DNA of 64,000 bases from the NCBI RefSeq assembly GCF_001194135.2, contig NC_068990.1, forward strand, positions 4,487,765-4,551,764. The letters run 5' to 3'. The DNA is from Octopus bimaculoides (taxonomy: Eukaryota). Under the pieces are notes generated by a model. The model did not search any database. It saw only the letters and a list, made by a program, of their open reading frames with translations, and was not told the origin of the DNA. Made by a program: the position numbers and the translations under genes. How positions within the stretch are numbered: position 1 is the first letter of the stretch; every line of letters starts with the position of its first letter. Of this stretch, positions 13,465 to 26,641 are shown in pieces.

Positions 13465-15109
13465 ATATATATATATATGCATATGCATGTATGTATCATG
13501 CCTCTGAATGAAGTGTTAGTCGAGTACAGAGCAATAATAAGAAAAAAGATGACGAAAGGAATAAACGGTTATCTTATTAGCTTACAACTGTTTCCACAAT
13601 AAGAGGTAGTGGGCTCATAGCTGAGTACCTGAGCAACACCTCACAGTTTCATCATTCAGGCAGCATGGAAGGAGTTGTACAATGAATAACACTAAATCGT
13701 TAGTCTTTTGCCTTTTTTAAAGAAAACATTCTATTATTGTTTAAAAATACCCATTAAACTCAAGCTTGTATTACATTTTAGCTCAAGAGATGAAGTCCTG
13801 CCATCTTGATGCAATTTTCATAATGTTAATTTGCAGAGTGGGCTCCTTAAACTTGGGAATTATATATAAGAGTAAGTATGTGAAATAGTTCTGTTTTGAA
13901 ATAAGTTACATGTTTATTTTTATAACGTTAACCTTTTTGAAACACATGGTGTTTTGGTATGTGCAGCCAAAAAGACCAAAGTTTTTTTCTATTGAGAGAG
14001 ATCTACTGAAAGACAATCTCTGATTAGCTATTACACTACAAAAACCAGCCATTCACAACATTAGTTCCACTGGACCACTTGATCAGCCTCAAAGTCCTTT
14101 TAGCTTGTATCACTTGGGTTGATCTATCAGCCTCAGTGCCCCAAGAGGGTTAAATTATATGTAATATACTAATAAAGTGAAGATTCTTGCGAAAGAAAAA
14201 GTAGATACGTATATGTTAGTATGATGAAGGTCTTTGTGAAGGAAAAATTAAATGTCTGATAATGACTGATGTAGTTAGAATTGCCAAAATATTAAATGGG
14301 AAGCAAAAGACAAACAAGAGGCCTAAATGTGTATAGGGTTAGTGTTAACTAAAAGAAATGCGTTAGAAAGAGTATATAATACTCAATTCATATAAAAGTC
14401 TTAAAAGAGTGTGTCAACACCTGTTATGTATAGTGCATTAAGGAAGAAGTTTCAAGCTCAGGAAATTAGTTCTAGGTGTTATCAATAAGAAGGGAATTTG
14501 ATATGCTTTATTTCATTAAGAATTGTTGTCTGTAAACCACAAAAGTTTATTTCATCAAAATTTTCTAATGTTGTATACAGCTAATAGCATTCAGTTGGCA
14601 ACCTATGTGCCCACTTGTGTTGAAAGTGTGACAACTCTATCATGAAAACAATGATTGTGGTGATAGATTATAAAAGATGTAAGAAATACTGTGAAATAGA
14701 TTTTGATAATGACTGATATGTTAAGATTAGAGTAATATTCTAAAGGATGATGTTGATAACAAACTGTTTTAATAGTGCCTGCCAAATTTTCTTTCAGTTA
14801 CTTGAAGAATCATTTATTTGTTATTTTTGATATTTACTTTTTATCCCAGAGACATATTACTTAAATAAACACTGTGCTTTTAATCAAATTGAAACTTTAA
14901 GCTGCTTTGGATTAATAATAATACCCTCAAGTAGTAAGCAGATATTTTAGTATAACCACATGCTGTCATTTCATTGTTGTTTGACAGTTGTAAATTATAA
15001 TATTCACTCCCCACTACCCAGGAGTTAAGTTTTGCAGGATATTTAACAAGAAATGTGTATACAATGTTGATGAGAATGATGGTGATGGAGATAGTGTAAA
15101 GCTAAAACA

Positions 15110-15350
15110 GTGATGATAAAGTGGATAGCTGACAGAATCATTAGTACTTTGGACAAAATGCCTCACAGCATTTTCAGCTCTTTACTTTCTGAGTTCAAAT
15201 TGTGCCAAAGTCAAATTTGTCTTTCATCCTTTCAGAGTTGATAAAATGAAATACATGTCAAGTACTGGAGCCAATGTAAATTAATTGCCTCCCACTAAAC
15301 ACTACTGGCATTGTGCCAAAATGTGAAATAGTAACCATGATCATGATGCT
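15110..15350 (+). mobile_element. tRNA-derived SINE, family A (old)
   Basis: AGCTGACAGAATCATTAG...CTGAGTTCAAATT...TTTCATCCTTTC, with a degenerate trinucleotide tail. Confidence 0.65.
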
Positions 15351-15750
15351 GATGATGAGAAGTAGTGATGATTGCAGAAGTAAGATAAATTATGATGACA
15401 AAGTGGTGATAAGGCTACAATAGATAATTGATGGCATTTTGATGTATGTCAGGTATCCATGAAATATATCAATCTTTGGTAAAATTCTGCAAGATATTTA
15501 ACATATCTGAGATATACTTCCTTAGTTTATCAAATAGACATCCAAGAAAATAACAATGTATTCTTAAAATTCAAATTTGCTTCTTGAAGCAAATGTATAT
15601 CTTATGGAAATTATACTGTGTGGATAGAAGTTTATTGAATATATTTACAAAAGAAAAATTTCATACCATAATTCAATTCAAAACTCTTGTGCATACATGC
15701 ATATGTATGTATGTATGTATGTATGCATGTATGTATGTGCGTGTGTGTAC

Positions 15751-15853
15751 GTGGGTTATCCTTCTGATAGATCTTGTTATACAGTGTCCTAGCTACAACA
15801 TCATGTCTTATTGATAGATAATACTATGATGACATTTTCGGACATCACATGCA
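15751..15853 (-). mobile_element. Fragment of an RLE-class non-LTR retrotransposon (zinc-knuckle region)
   Basis: Minus translation H-V..CPKMSS*YYLSIRHDVVARTLYNKIYQKDNP matches the H...C.....Y..RHD.VA motif that precedes the restriction-like endonuclease in R4/NeSL-type elements. Confidence 0.45.
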
Positions 15854-15862
15854 AGGGGAAAA

Positions 15863-16556
15863 AAATTAGAAGTAGCTGATAGCTTCCATATTACCAAGGT
15901 GACCAAGTCAGTAGCAGGGATGGATGCTCTGAGAGTGTAGCTGCTAGAATAAGAATTGCCTGGGAAAAGTTTAGAGAGCTCCTACTTCTGCTGGTAACAA
16001 AAGGCCTCTTACTCAGAGTGAAAGGTAGATTGTGTGGTGCCTGTGTGCAAACAGCCATGCTACAGAGCGGTGAAACATGGGCTGTGACTGCTGAGGACAT
16101 GTATAAAGTTAAAAGAAAAGGAAGCTAGTATTCTCCACTGGATGTGCAATGTCAGTGTACATACATGACAGAGTGTAAGCACCCTGAGAGAAAGAAGCAT
16201 CAGATGTGATGCACAAGAAAGACGACTGTGATGGTATGGTCATATGTTGTGTATGGATGAGGACAGCTGTGTGAAGAAGTGTCACACCCTCAGAGTGGGG
16301 GGAACTCGTGGAAGAGGTAGTCCCAGGAAGACATGGGATAAGGTGGTGAAGCACGATCTTAAAATGTTGGGCTTCACAGAGGCATTGACAAGCAACCGAG
16401 ACCTTTGGAGATATGTTGTGCTTGAGAAGACCCAGCAAGCCAAGTGAGATCATAGCCGTGGTTGATGCTGGTGTTACCTAACTGGCCTGTTTAAAGGTAC
16501 CCCTTCAATCGTCGGGCAATATGCTGTGCCTGAGAAAACCTGCTGAGCCAAGTGAA
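15863..16556 (+). pseudogene. RTE-clade LINE, C-terminal reverse-transcriptase region plus start of 3' UTR (decayed)
   Basis: GDQVSSRDGCSESVAARIRIAWEKFRELLLLLVTKGLLLRVKGRLCGACVQTAMLQSGETWAV, then WMCNV, WYGHM and RGRGSPRKTWDKVVKHDL. Typical RTE C-terminus, with frameshifts and stops. Confidence 0.85.
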
Positions 16557-16669
16557 ATATGGAGGAAAAAAGACAAAGACAGGTGATGGAAGAAAAAGTT
16601 GGATATAAGAAGCATCAGATGTGGTATATTAGTTTGACGTGCGGGAAAAATGGAAATGACAGGCTTCTT

Positions 16670-16800
16670 TTAACTAGCATCTACCAAGTTCACTCTTGGA
16701 GCTATAACAGAAAGCACTTTCTCAAAGTGCCCTGCAGCAGGACTGAACCATAGAACATGGTTGGGAAGCAAGCACCTCAATCACATATCCATGTCTGCAT
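16670..16800 (-). mobile_element. tRNA-derived SINE family B, head fragment
   Basis: GGACTGAACC...ATGGTTGGGAAGCAAGC matches the reverse-complemented head of the family B copies. Confidence 0.5.
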
Positions 16801-16835
16801 CTACATACCAATTCAGAGAGAGATGGAGAGAGAGA

Positions 16836-16889
<54 letters not shown>

Positions 16890-17509
16890 TAATGTAGTGA
16901 TGCAGTAATAAACATCATATGTATGAAAGAAAGTACCTCAGGAGAGCATTCTTCATACTAAATACAAATGTACTAAAGTCTCTTACATATGTGATAAAGC
17001 GAACTGTAAAAACTTTGGTTAACTGAGAGTATTTGTGCAATTAATAGACAAAATCTCCCTCCAGCATGGTTTAAAATCTAAAAACAACAACTATACACAC
17101 ACACTTTCATGCACACACACATACAAAATGTTTTCATGCAGGTGTATGTACATTTGATTTTGTGAGGATGTTTCTGATCATTAATGGAAAAAGTACTACA
17201 AAAGTTTTGAAAATTACTTTCAAGAAACAATATTGTATATATTTCATAGCTTTCATGTTAAGCAGACTGATGAATATTATCTGTGATCATGTTTACTCCT
17301 TTCACAAACTACCACAATTCATGTGATTGCTATTTATCTGAAGTCTTTACAGTATTAAGAACATGAGAAATAATTTTCACCAGAATTAAGAGTACAAATT
17401 ACTGTAAATAACTTTACCACATATTTCTGACATTTTACACATAAGAAGTATCAGATGTTGTGTGCAAAAGAAATGACTGTACTGATATGGTCATGGTCCT
17501 GTGTTACGT

Positions 17510-17937
17510 ATGGAGTGAGATCATAGCTGTGGCCTATGCCAGTGTCACATAACCAGCCCATTTAAGAGTACCCTTCAATCATTGGGCAATATGTTGAGTC
17601 AAGTAAAATCGCCATGGCCGATGCCACTGCCACCTGGTGGCACCCGTGCTGGTGCCACATTAAAAGCACCATTGGAGCATGGTCAATGCTAGTGCTGCCA
17701 GATTGGCTCCTGTACTGGTGGCATGTAATAACTGGCCTCCATGCCGGTGGCACATAAAAAGCACCCACTACACTCTCAGAGTGGTTGGCACTAGGAAGGG
17801 CATCCTGCTGTCGAAACCTTGCCAAATCAGATGGGAGAATTGTGCAGCCTCCTGGCTTGCCAGTCTTCAGTCAAACCATCCAACCCATGCCAGCATGGAA
17901 AACGGACATTAAATGATGATGATGATGATGATGATGA
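17510..17937 (+). mobile_element. RTE-type LINE 3' UTR with tandem units and (GAT)n tail
   Basis: Overlaps in sequence with 16445-16530 (GAGATCATAGC...GTACCCTTCAATC...GGGCAATATG) and ends GGACATTAAATGATGATGAT. Confidence 0.75.
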
Positions 17938-18026
17938 ATAACACTATGTAACAAAAGTTTAATTTTTTGTTTTGTATTTGGTTAGCAAGTGTTATTTCCT
18001 ACTTGCTTCTGTCTAGAAATCAAAGG

Positions 18027-18360
18027 AAATGACTACTATTCCCTTCAAACTTTGCTTTTCTGACCGGGACATCAATGTCTTGAAACTGACCTATTTTCCA
18101 TCACACTTCAGACATATTAAGCACTGAGTTGCAGAAGCAGAAATATCATCATAGCAAATATTATGCTCAAAACCACAGATTTGCTTATCAGATACTTGAC
18201 CTTAACCAGTTGAGCATGTCCCTTAGTGGCTGACAATATGTGCATCTCTGATGATGAGCAAAAGTAGTGGGGGAGTATCATAACCATGCGTTGAGAGAAA
18301 TTCTTTGAGGTTTGAATAAATGTGACAAAAGCAAAGTTTGAAGGAAATATTAGCCACTTT
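18027..18360. mobile_element. MITE / internally deleted DNA transposon with ~35-bp terminal inverted repeats
   Basis: Left AAATGACTACTATTCCCTTCAAACTTTGCTTTTCTGA; right end reverse-complements to AAAGTGGCTAATATTTCCTTCAAACTTTGCTTTTGTCA. Confidence 0.7.
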
Positions 18361-18494
18361 TCATACTTTCAATAGGTATACAAATGAGAAATGACAGTTG
18401 CTACCCAAGGACAAAAATGGTGTTATACAGTGTAATTAGTGAGACATGTAGTAAAACAAAATCTCAGCTGTGAATATGAACTAATGGCTCATGA

Positions 18495-19060
18495 GCAGGG
18501 TTAACTAATGGCTTTTCTCCATTTGCCCACTTTCTAATTTCTTTAATTTTAATAGACTCATCATATTGATTCATTCACTTGATTTTGATGAGATGAAATT
18601 CAAAATATGAATTAATCACTATTATTATTAATTATTTTTTCCCTTTTACAACTCACTTGTAAATATCTGATTTTTCTATATTACTCCTTTTGTATTCTTC
18701 CTTATTGTATCTTATTTTAATTTACTTTATTTTATTCAACCTTTTTTGATGTCCTTCCAAAAATTCTTCACACTGATGAGAATGACAATGCACAAATTTA
18801 ATTATAATTACTATGATTATAATTTTTTTCTTACATATTTGTATTGTCCTTTGAAACTTGTGTATGTATTGAATCCTATTTTGTATTAAATTTTTGTATT
18901 AAATCTAATTCTGATGCAACATCTTTTTCTCCTACATTTTTCTATAATTGTTTATGGTATATCTATACCTATAACGATATTTTTCAACAATTTTCATATT
19001 CTTATTACTTGCTCTGGCTGTCTTTTATGAATACGATGAATCTTTATTAGAAATCATTCT
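18495..19060 (-). pseudogene. Possible decayed L1/Tx1-type LINE ORF2 (endonuclease end plus linker)
   Basis: A-rich minus strand with fragments YRYT..., VASELDLI, FWKDIKK and KEIRKWANGEKP, reminiscent of the SRID and R.KW...GEK motifs. Many stops. Confidence 0.3.
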
Positions 19061-19110
19061 TTCTCTCTTTTTGGACCCCTCAAAAAGTTTGAACTGTTAT
19101 TTTTGAACTT

Positions 19111-19141
<31 letters not shown>

Positions 19142-19331
19142 TAGTTAGTGTATCATGAGCTGAGGTATTGCACAATTCTCCAGTAATGTAAATGTTTAAT
19201 TCTAAAGAAAAAAATTGTAAAAAATGAGTTGAAAAGCTGTAACTAATGAGTTGGAAAATAAACCGAAGTAGGTAATTCTGTATTACTTGAATGTTTGAGT
19301 GATTAGTATCAGGATTAATTAGAAGCATCTC

Positions 19332-19493
19332 TTATGATAAGAGGGAGAAATACATTAATGAGAAGTGCACATTTATCAACAAAAATATATGCATGTGTAT
19401 ATGCAGATGTGCATATATATATATATATATATATACATGTATATACATACATATGTACATATATATACAAATACATACATACACATATATGTA

Positions 19494-19557
<64 letters not shown>

Positions 19558-19796
19558 CACATATATATATAAATACATATATATGCATACATACATATAT
19601 ATACATATATGCACATACATATACATATGTACATACATATATATATATATATATATAAATACATATATATGCATACATATATATACATATATACACATAT
19701 ATATACATATGTATATACATATATACATATACACATATATATATATACATATGCATATAAATATACATATAGATACATATATATATATACATGTAC

Positions 19797-19830
<34 letters not shown>

Positions 19831-19840
19831 AAATATACAC

Positions 19841-19872
<32 letters not shown>

Positions 19873-20133
19873 CATCATCATCANNNNNNNNNNNNNNNNN
19901 NNNNNNNNNNNNNNNNNNNNNNNNNNNNNNNNNNNNNNNNNNNNNNNNNNNNNNNNNNNNNNNNNNNNNNNNNNNNNNNNNNNNNNNNNNNNNNNNNNNN
20001 NNNNNNNNNNNNNNNNNNNNNNNNNNNNNNNNNNNNNNNNNNNNNNNNNNNNNNNNNNNNNNNNNNNNNNNNNNNNNNNNNNNNNNNNNNNNNNNNNNNN
20101 NNNNNNNNNNNNNNNNNNNNNNNNNNNNNNNNN

Positions 20134-20170
<37 letters not shown>
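19332..20170. repeat. Large compound (TA)n/(CATA)n microsatellite with assembly gap (N 19884-20133)
   Basis: Directly visible; source of the long YI/IY-repeat ORFs in the ORF track. Confidence 0.95.
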
Positions 20171-20173
<3 letters not shown>

Positions 20174-20269
20174 CGCCATATGTAAACAAACATCAGTTTG
20201 TTTTTGAAGCGGGTATAACTGTTTACTGGGCCCGTTATCATTGATATCAGTAGAGCTAACATGTACACT

Positions 20270-20335
20270 GCAGGCCCCTTCAGAGCTCCAGGCCCTCGGG
20301 CAATGCCTGATTGACCGATGGCTCAGTCCACCCCA
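20270..20335 (-). mobile_element. GC-rich terminal fragment of a probable DNA-transposon MITE
   Basis: Reverse complement GGGGTGGACTGAGCCATCGGTCAATCAGGCATTGCCCGAGGGCC resembles CAGGGGCGGA-type termini. Confidence 0.3.
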
Positions 20336-20373
20336 TATACACACGGGGACACACACACACATATATATATATT

Positions 20374-20414
<41 letters not shown>

Positions 20415-20499
20415 GTATATACACAAATACATACACATATAGAAGTTTGTGCAGGGCATAATCTATCCTTTCTTTGAAGATGTCTTGTAGTCTTTCTTG

Positions 20500-20750
20500 T
20501 GTTTTAGATCCAGGTTAACCTTCATCACACAGACTCATGATTAAAGGTGTTTTACCATCACAAACCTGCATTTTTGTAAGTAAATCACTACTTTATCCAG
20601 CATTTTCCTCTTCATGTATCATTCCAACAGTTGTCAGTGAATCAGACTTCTATCCTATTATTGTTGACTATATCTTCCCATATAAAAGCTGTCAGTTGAG
20701 GGAATATTTCTAGCAGGTGAGTAATCTTATAGAAGCTCTCTTACTGATTC
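20500..20750 (+). repeat. Unclassified dispersed repeat, family D
   Basis: GATCCAGGTTAACCTTCATCACACAGACTCATGATTAAAGG...TTGAGGGAATATTTCTAGCAGGT. Confidence 0.45.
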
Positions 20751-22263
20751 TAGGATACATTATCTGTACTGGTGAAAAACATATATGTACAGAGGTTACA
20801 TATATATGCTTCTCATGAGATAAAACACAACATTCAGTGGATACACTAAATCATGCTTCTACATCTCAAGTGTCACCAAAACTAGAAAAAAAAAACACGA
20901 TTTCTTACATTCAAAATCTTATTATTTCTCTTTTTGTTGTAAACTTGTGTATAAGTGCATATTCTCAAGCATGTGTTTGCACATAGAATGCAACTGGCCA
21001 AGCAAAGATGAAATTTGGGGAGTTAACACACATGTATATATTCCACTGAAGAATGGGATTATAATTCAAAGTTTTCTGTATATGTCAAAGGTGAATATAA
21101 GGCAGGGATGGTAGGGGTGGGGAGTAAGAATATACAATAGTCAGTAGGGAAGAAACAATGCAAGTTTTATAACTGTAGTCGCAGACAAAAGAATATTAAC
21201 CATGAACATTCCATCATTTTGTCTATCTTTGGCCAAATTCTCTTAGGTGTCCTATTTCTATTAAAAAACAGTAGTGTAATTTGAGGGAGATTTGCCTACT
21301 ATTTCTAGAAAGCTCATGTATTTATTAGAAGCCTTCTTATTTAATTGTTATAAGTAAAATCTGATGATTATTGGATGCCTAGAAGATTATTAGGAAATAG
21401 CATATGGTAGTCCATCTGCTCCCTGATCCCTTGTTCACAGGAATTTGGCAATTTAGAAAGAGATATGATGCTGGAGCTTTAATTATTTCTCAAGAATTAG
21501 CCATTTAGCACAAATGTGTCCATAAGAGATATCTACAAAATAATTAAAAGAGGGAAAGAGTGGAAGGAGAGAATCCTTTTAAGAGTATATCAATAGACAA
21601 TCAATGAAAATTGCAACAAATCTTCAAAGGCAGAATTAAGAAACAATGCTCCAAGAACAGAATTATGAATGCAGAAAACTCACTTCATTTCTTTCCATTT
21701 TACCCCAATATCAGGAACTTGATAGAATTTATCTGTTGATGTCCACCAATGATTGAAAGGAAAAGGTAGGAAAACTGACTAATCCACAGAAATCTGCAAA
21801 GTCACTGCTTTCTCCTGAGGGCGTGGCAGAGAGAGAGAAATCAACAAAAATGGACATGTGACTTAGCGTTTAAACACTTGCATGTACACACACACACACA
21901 CTATCTATCTCTATGTGTGTGTGCGTGTGTGTGTACATATATATATTTATAAAATTTTCTTTGGTGGCACCGACTAACATATGCAGCAGAAATGGCTGTA
22001 AGTGTTGTTCAAGTTTTGTATTAAAAAAATATTTAATGGATAGTAGTCAATTTGTTTGTTGATCAAAAGTTTTCCCCATTTTCTGCTCATTTTAAATTTG
22101 ACTCCTGTTACTATTATTCTGTTATTACCTGTATCCTATGTGCATAGTATGCTTGCATATCCATGCCCAAGGTTAACATAGGCAATTTATACCAGTAGTA
22201 GTAACGAATATTCTTATCCCTCAGACGGTTATTCCAACCGCTAACTCTACTTTCCTTATATAT

Positions 22264-22317
<54 letters not shown>

Positions 22318-22539
22318 GATGGTGTGATGTATATATATATATATGCTTAGAAATATAGAATACTGCGTTTAATTTTAGAAGAGATAAACTTATAAAAAAG
22401 TGAAATCATTACTAATCATTGTGAATAATCTTAGAAACTGAAAATAATTAAACTAAGAGGAACTTGGTTACAGTGGCAAAAGATAGTGACAGAAATAATG
22501 TATTTTATTTGTAAAACGTATTGTACTAGAACTATGTTG

Positions 22540-24110
22540 AAATCTGAATTTATCTTAGTAAGAAAAAGTTCAGTCAACACTGCAGTAACAATGACAAATA
22601 TTAAATGTGATAAGTAAAATATTTAAGGATATAAGTGAAAAGCAAATTCTGTGATAGATATTGGATTATGAACAATGATAATGCAGTTATACAAACATTG
22701 AATAAAATAAAAATGATGTAAACATGGAAAACTATGACTTAACCATGTTATTTACAAAAAATTTCAATTAAAAGAAGACTTAGGAGATATTCCAATTTTT
22801 TTGCTTTTCTAGAGAAGATTAGAAAACAGGTTACAGACAGGAATCAAGCTATATTAAAAATCTACTTTTGAGTTTTTAATAAATGAAGTTTATCTTAAAT
22901 TAGAAAGATAAAACTTTTGTGCACAAACTGAAGTACCCTTGTAAATAAGCAATTTGGCATGTCTAGCAAATTTATTTCTCAGTAGTAATTCTTTCAGCTG
23001 AAGGCACAAGGCCTGAAAACAGTCAATTACAGCAGCCCCTGTGTTCAACAGGTATTTATTTTATCGGCCCCCAAAAGGATAAAAAGTGAAGTTAATCTTG
23101 GCAGAATTTGAACACAATATTTAAGGACAGACAAAATGCCTCTAAGCATCTTGCCCAGTGTGCTAATGGGTACGTCAACTCACCAATAATGACAAAAAGC
23201 AGATAATTTGTAATTTTTTACATAAATTCATAACATTGGATTGATGAGTGTAACAATTTCAGTTTACCTCGAATGTATTTATTTTATCAACCTTGAAAGG
23301 ACGAAAGGCAAATTTTCCACCGTGGGATTTTGTAAGTCAGCATAAACAGATGTTACTGTTGAGCTCTGGATTAGCTCAGATCAATCAGACTTATGTTCAA
23401 AGATGTTCAGGATGTAATCTTCCTTCCTTCTTTTTTACAAGCTTATCCTTCCTATTTTTAAGACATTATTATGTGATATGAGAGAAATTTGATGACTATT
23501 TCTAGCAGGTCATGTGCCTACATAGAGGATTCTATACTGGTTCATACAAACGGATATTATTAAATACTTGTAAAGTATTTTTTTAATGCACTATTTATTC
23601 AGCTACAGAGGGTGAGTCAATGATGGAAACGGTTAAATATAAGAATTATACAAATAAACATACTAAAGACACTAATTAAAAATTTATTGCTAAATTCAAA
23701 TATATAGATATTTAGATAATTTAATCGCAATAAACAATGACAACATACAAGAATACTATGAGATTTATCTGATAAAGTTAGAATTATAAAAGAAAACAGC
23801 CATATATTATCAATGAATTTCCTTGACATAAACAGAGAAAAATTTCATACATAAAATATTGGATAAAAGAAAGAGCTACCAATAAGAATACAACAAAATA
23901 ATAGAAATATAACTAATAAAATATTATATGCTTCAATAAATATAGAATTACAAAGCTTAGTAAATGGAAAAATACAAAACAAAAATGTTGCATATTTCTT
24001 AAATAATTTAAAACATCTTTTAGAACATAGTTGTAAGAAAACTTTTCTATCCAATACTTTAAAGAAGGTCTTTCACAAAGATATAAATTTTTTTCACATA
24101 TTAAGAATCA
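22540..24110 (+). pseudogene. Penelope-like retroelement reverse transcriptase remnant, split by SINE/repeat insertions at about 22990-23540
   Basis: Collinear motifs: YWIMNNDNAVIQTLNKI, ENYDLTMLFT (cf. TFDFSTLYT), FEFLINEVY, LANLFL | insertion | AKFKY, RYLDNLIAINND (cf. RYIDD), NFLDI, DKR, NITNKILYASINIEL, LKKVFHK. Confidence 0.75.
22990..23185 (-). mobile_element. tRNA-derived SINE, family A
   Basis: AAGGCACAAGGCCTG...GCAGAATTTGAAC...CTAAGCATCTTGCCCAGTGTGCTAA is the reverse complement of family A. Confidence 0.65.
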
Positions 24111-24544
24111 ACAATATAAAGCAAATAGAAGATATATAGTAGCTAGTATAAGCAATCAATAAATAGTTGACACACAAGACTGACTACAAGGAGGTATAAC
24201 AAATATGAAACTACAAATATGAATACAATATATATATAATATGTATATATTGTACATTGAAATACATGAAATGTATGAGTAGGTAAGTGTGGATTCTTTA
24301 TGAGCATATATATTTGGATGCAGGGCATTTTTAGAAATAGATGCAAGTCACAATCTATGGGGTTAGAGATATAAACACTTAAAATGACTTTACCACTTGA
24401 ATAGTACTTATGTTATTCACTGTAGAATGATAAAGGGCAAAACTGGTTCCAGGAGGAATTTCTAATTGAAGTGCAGGACTAAATAAGTAATGAACACTCA
24501 ACTGATTCTGCACTATGTCACTATTTTAGTAATAATAATAATCA

Positions 24545-24760
24545 TAGTTGTTTCTGATTTTGACACAAGACCAGCAACTTTGAGGGGAGGGGTTAGTTGA
24601 TATCATTGATCCCAGTAGGTGGCTGGTATTTTCTTTGATTAATTCTGGAGGATGAAAGACAAGGTCAACCTTGGCAGGGTTTGAACTCAGAATGTAAAGA
24701 GCCAGAACAAATATATCAAGATATTCAGTCTGCTGCTCATATAATTCTGCCAATCCATTC
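24545..24760 (-). mobile_element. tRNA-derived SINE, family A
   Basis: GACACAAGACCAGCAACTTTGAGG...GGATGAAAGACAAGGTCAACCTTGGCAGGGTTTGAACTCAGAA. Confidence 0.7.
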
Positions 24761-25134
24761 CATTACAAATTTTAAATGTGTTTTGAATAGATGATACTAG
24801 TAATAACTATTTGTGCACTTTACTCATTGGCTAGAGATTCTATAATAAATGAAAATTATCAAAAGACAAGTGGTCAAATACTTAACCAAAATTCCAGAAT
24901 ATGTGTAACATACAACATTAGCATTATTAGGCACAGCACACGTATGTAGAATACAACAACACCAAAACATTGCACATACCCAAGTCACAGAGATCTTCAT
25001 TTGGTCGTGCAGTGAAAATATGATTAAAATAGAGTACTAAACACAATGCCATAAAATTGGGATGAGGGATTACTTGATTAAATCCTTGACTGGTACTTTA
25101 TTTTCTTAATCCTGGTAGGATTTAGGTAATTTAT

Positions 25135-25720
25135 CATATGAAACTTCCCTAGTACAACCTATGGATCAGTAAGTTTGTTCTGTAGGCAATATTATCTTAG
25201 AAGAACTTTAAATGAATGGGGATAAACAGTTAGTTAAAGAAGCCTTGAATAATTATATTATGCAAGCAATAAAAAATATTAAAGGTGCCACAGGAAGAAG
25301 TTATACATGCATATCCCATTGGAGTTTGAGTAAAATAATGTTTAAATGTAATTAAGGAATACCATAGGATAGAGAATAACACTGTCTCAATCAGAAATAA
25401 CCTTATACAAGTGGTGCAAGAAGTGGATTTTGAAGAATTGATGCAAGTAATATTCAGGATTTATTCCACCCAGAAAATGAAATTCTCATCTATGAATACT
25501 TTAAAGAGTCAACAGAATTGTAAGGTTAGAAAGTGGAGGGAAGACTCTTCCACAAGCAGCTTTAACTTACAGAGATCTTACCAAAAAGCGTTAGTGAGCT
25601 AACTTAACCTTTAGAATGATTTTCAGAAAAGAAATCCAAATCTTGAATAAAGTATGGAATTTAAAAGATCTGTAATTGTAGTAATGAATTGTTATAGGGA
25701 AGGCAGAATCTGAGTTTGAG
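25135..25720 (+). pseudogene. Tigger/pogo-family transposase remnant (DDE C-terminal half)
   Basis: ETSLVQPMDQ (cf. NTTSLIQPMDQG), YYLRRT, IMQAIKNI, and RNPNLE*SMEFKRSVIVVMNCYRE. Confidence 0.75.
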
Positions 25721-26605
25721 AAGAAGACTTAACAGTAACTCTTGGATTTTTTTATATAAATAAAAACTAACAGACCCAATAGTATATTTATAGACCATAT
25801 ATAATTTTTATTGTTATATATTTTTTACTTGTTCCTTTGATTAAGAAAATACATATATTATTTGCTGATTTAATTACATGTTTTATTCCAAGGAGATTTT
25901 TAAAGATATATTAAGGGATTTGTAACCTTATTATATTTTGATTATGGATGTATTACTTTCAAAAACTTGTGAGCAAGGTAAAAATGTGAAACTTATGATA
26001 CATACATATATACTTAAATATATATAGATACATATGTGTGTGTGTGTGTGTGTAAATATGTATATATGTACTGAGAAACAAGGAGTATTTTCAACAGTGT
26101 ATAAATATTTACACTCCAGTTTTGTCTCGAATAATTTTCCCTCTTGTTTGCAAAGTGTAACATGCACACATAATTCCTTCTTATTTGTCAAGCACTTTTA
26201 ACAGAGAACTATACTACGTGTGTGTGTGTGTATTTGTGGAAGTATCTCGTATGTCTATTTGGTTGAGACTGCTGGGAATAGCCTTTAATTTGAATCATAA
26301 TCCAAATCCAATGCAAATCAGATTGAAGCAATTAACAGAGTTAGGTCCAAGTCTAAACTATATTGATCTAGCCAAGCTCTCTAGAATACAAAACAGAGAA
26401 TTATGTGAAGACAAAATAGATTAAACGGATCTGTCTAAAAGCACTAGGAAAAACCGCCAATAGATTCAAATCTATTGGGCCACCGTACTTTGCTTCTACA
26501 CTTTTTCAGTATCTATGTATACATTTACACACATCTCTCTCTCTCTTGCTTGCTCTCTTTCTCTCTCTCTCTCTCTCACTCACTTGTTCACTTTCTTTGT
26601 GTGTA

Positions 26606-26641
<36 letters not shown>

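Noticed and set aside
15790-15810. HDVVA as the expected next CASK exon (HDVVAHEVY)
   Set aside because: The context is CPKMSS*YYLSIRHDVVARTLY with an in-frame stop and no acceptor; it is better explained as a non-LTR retrotransposon motif.
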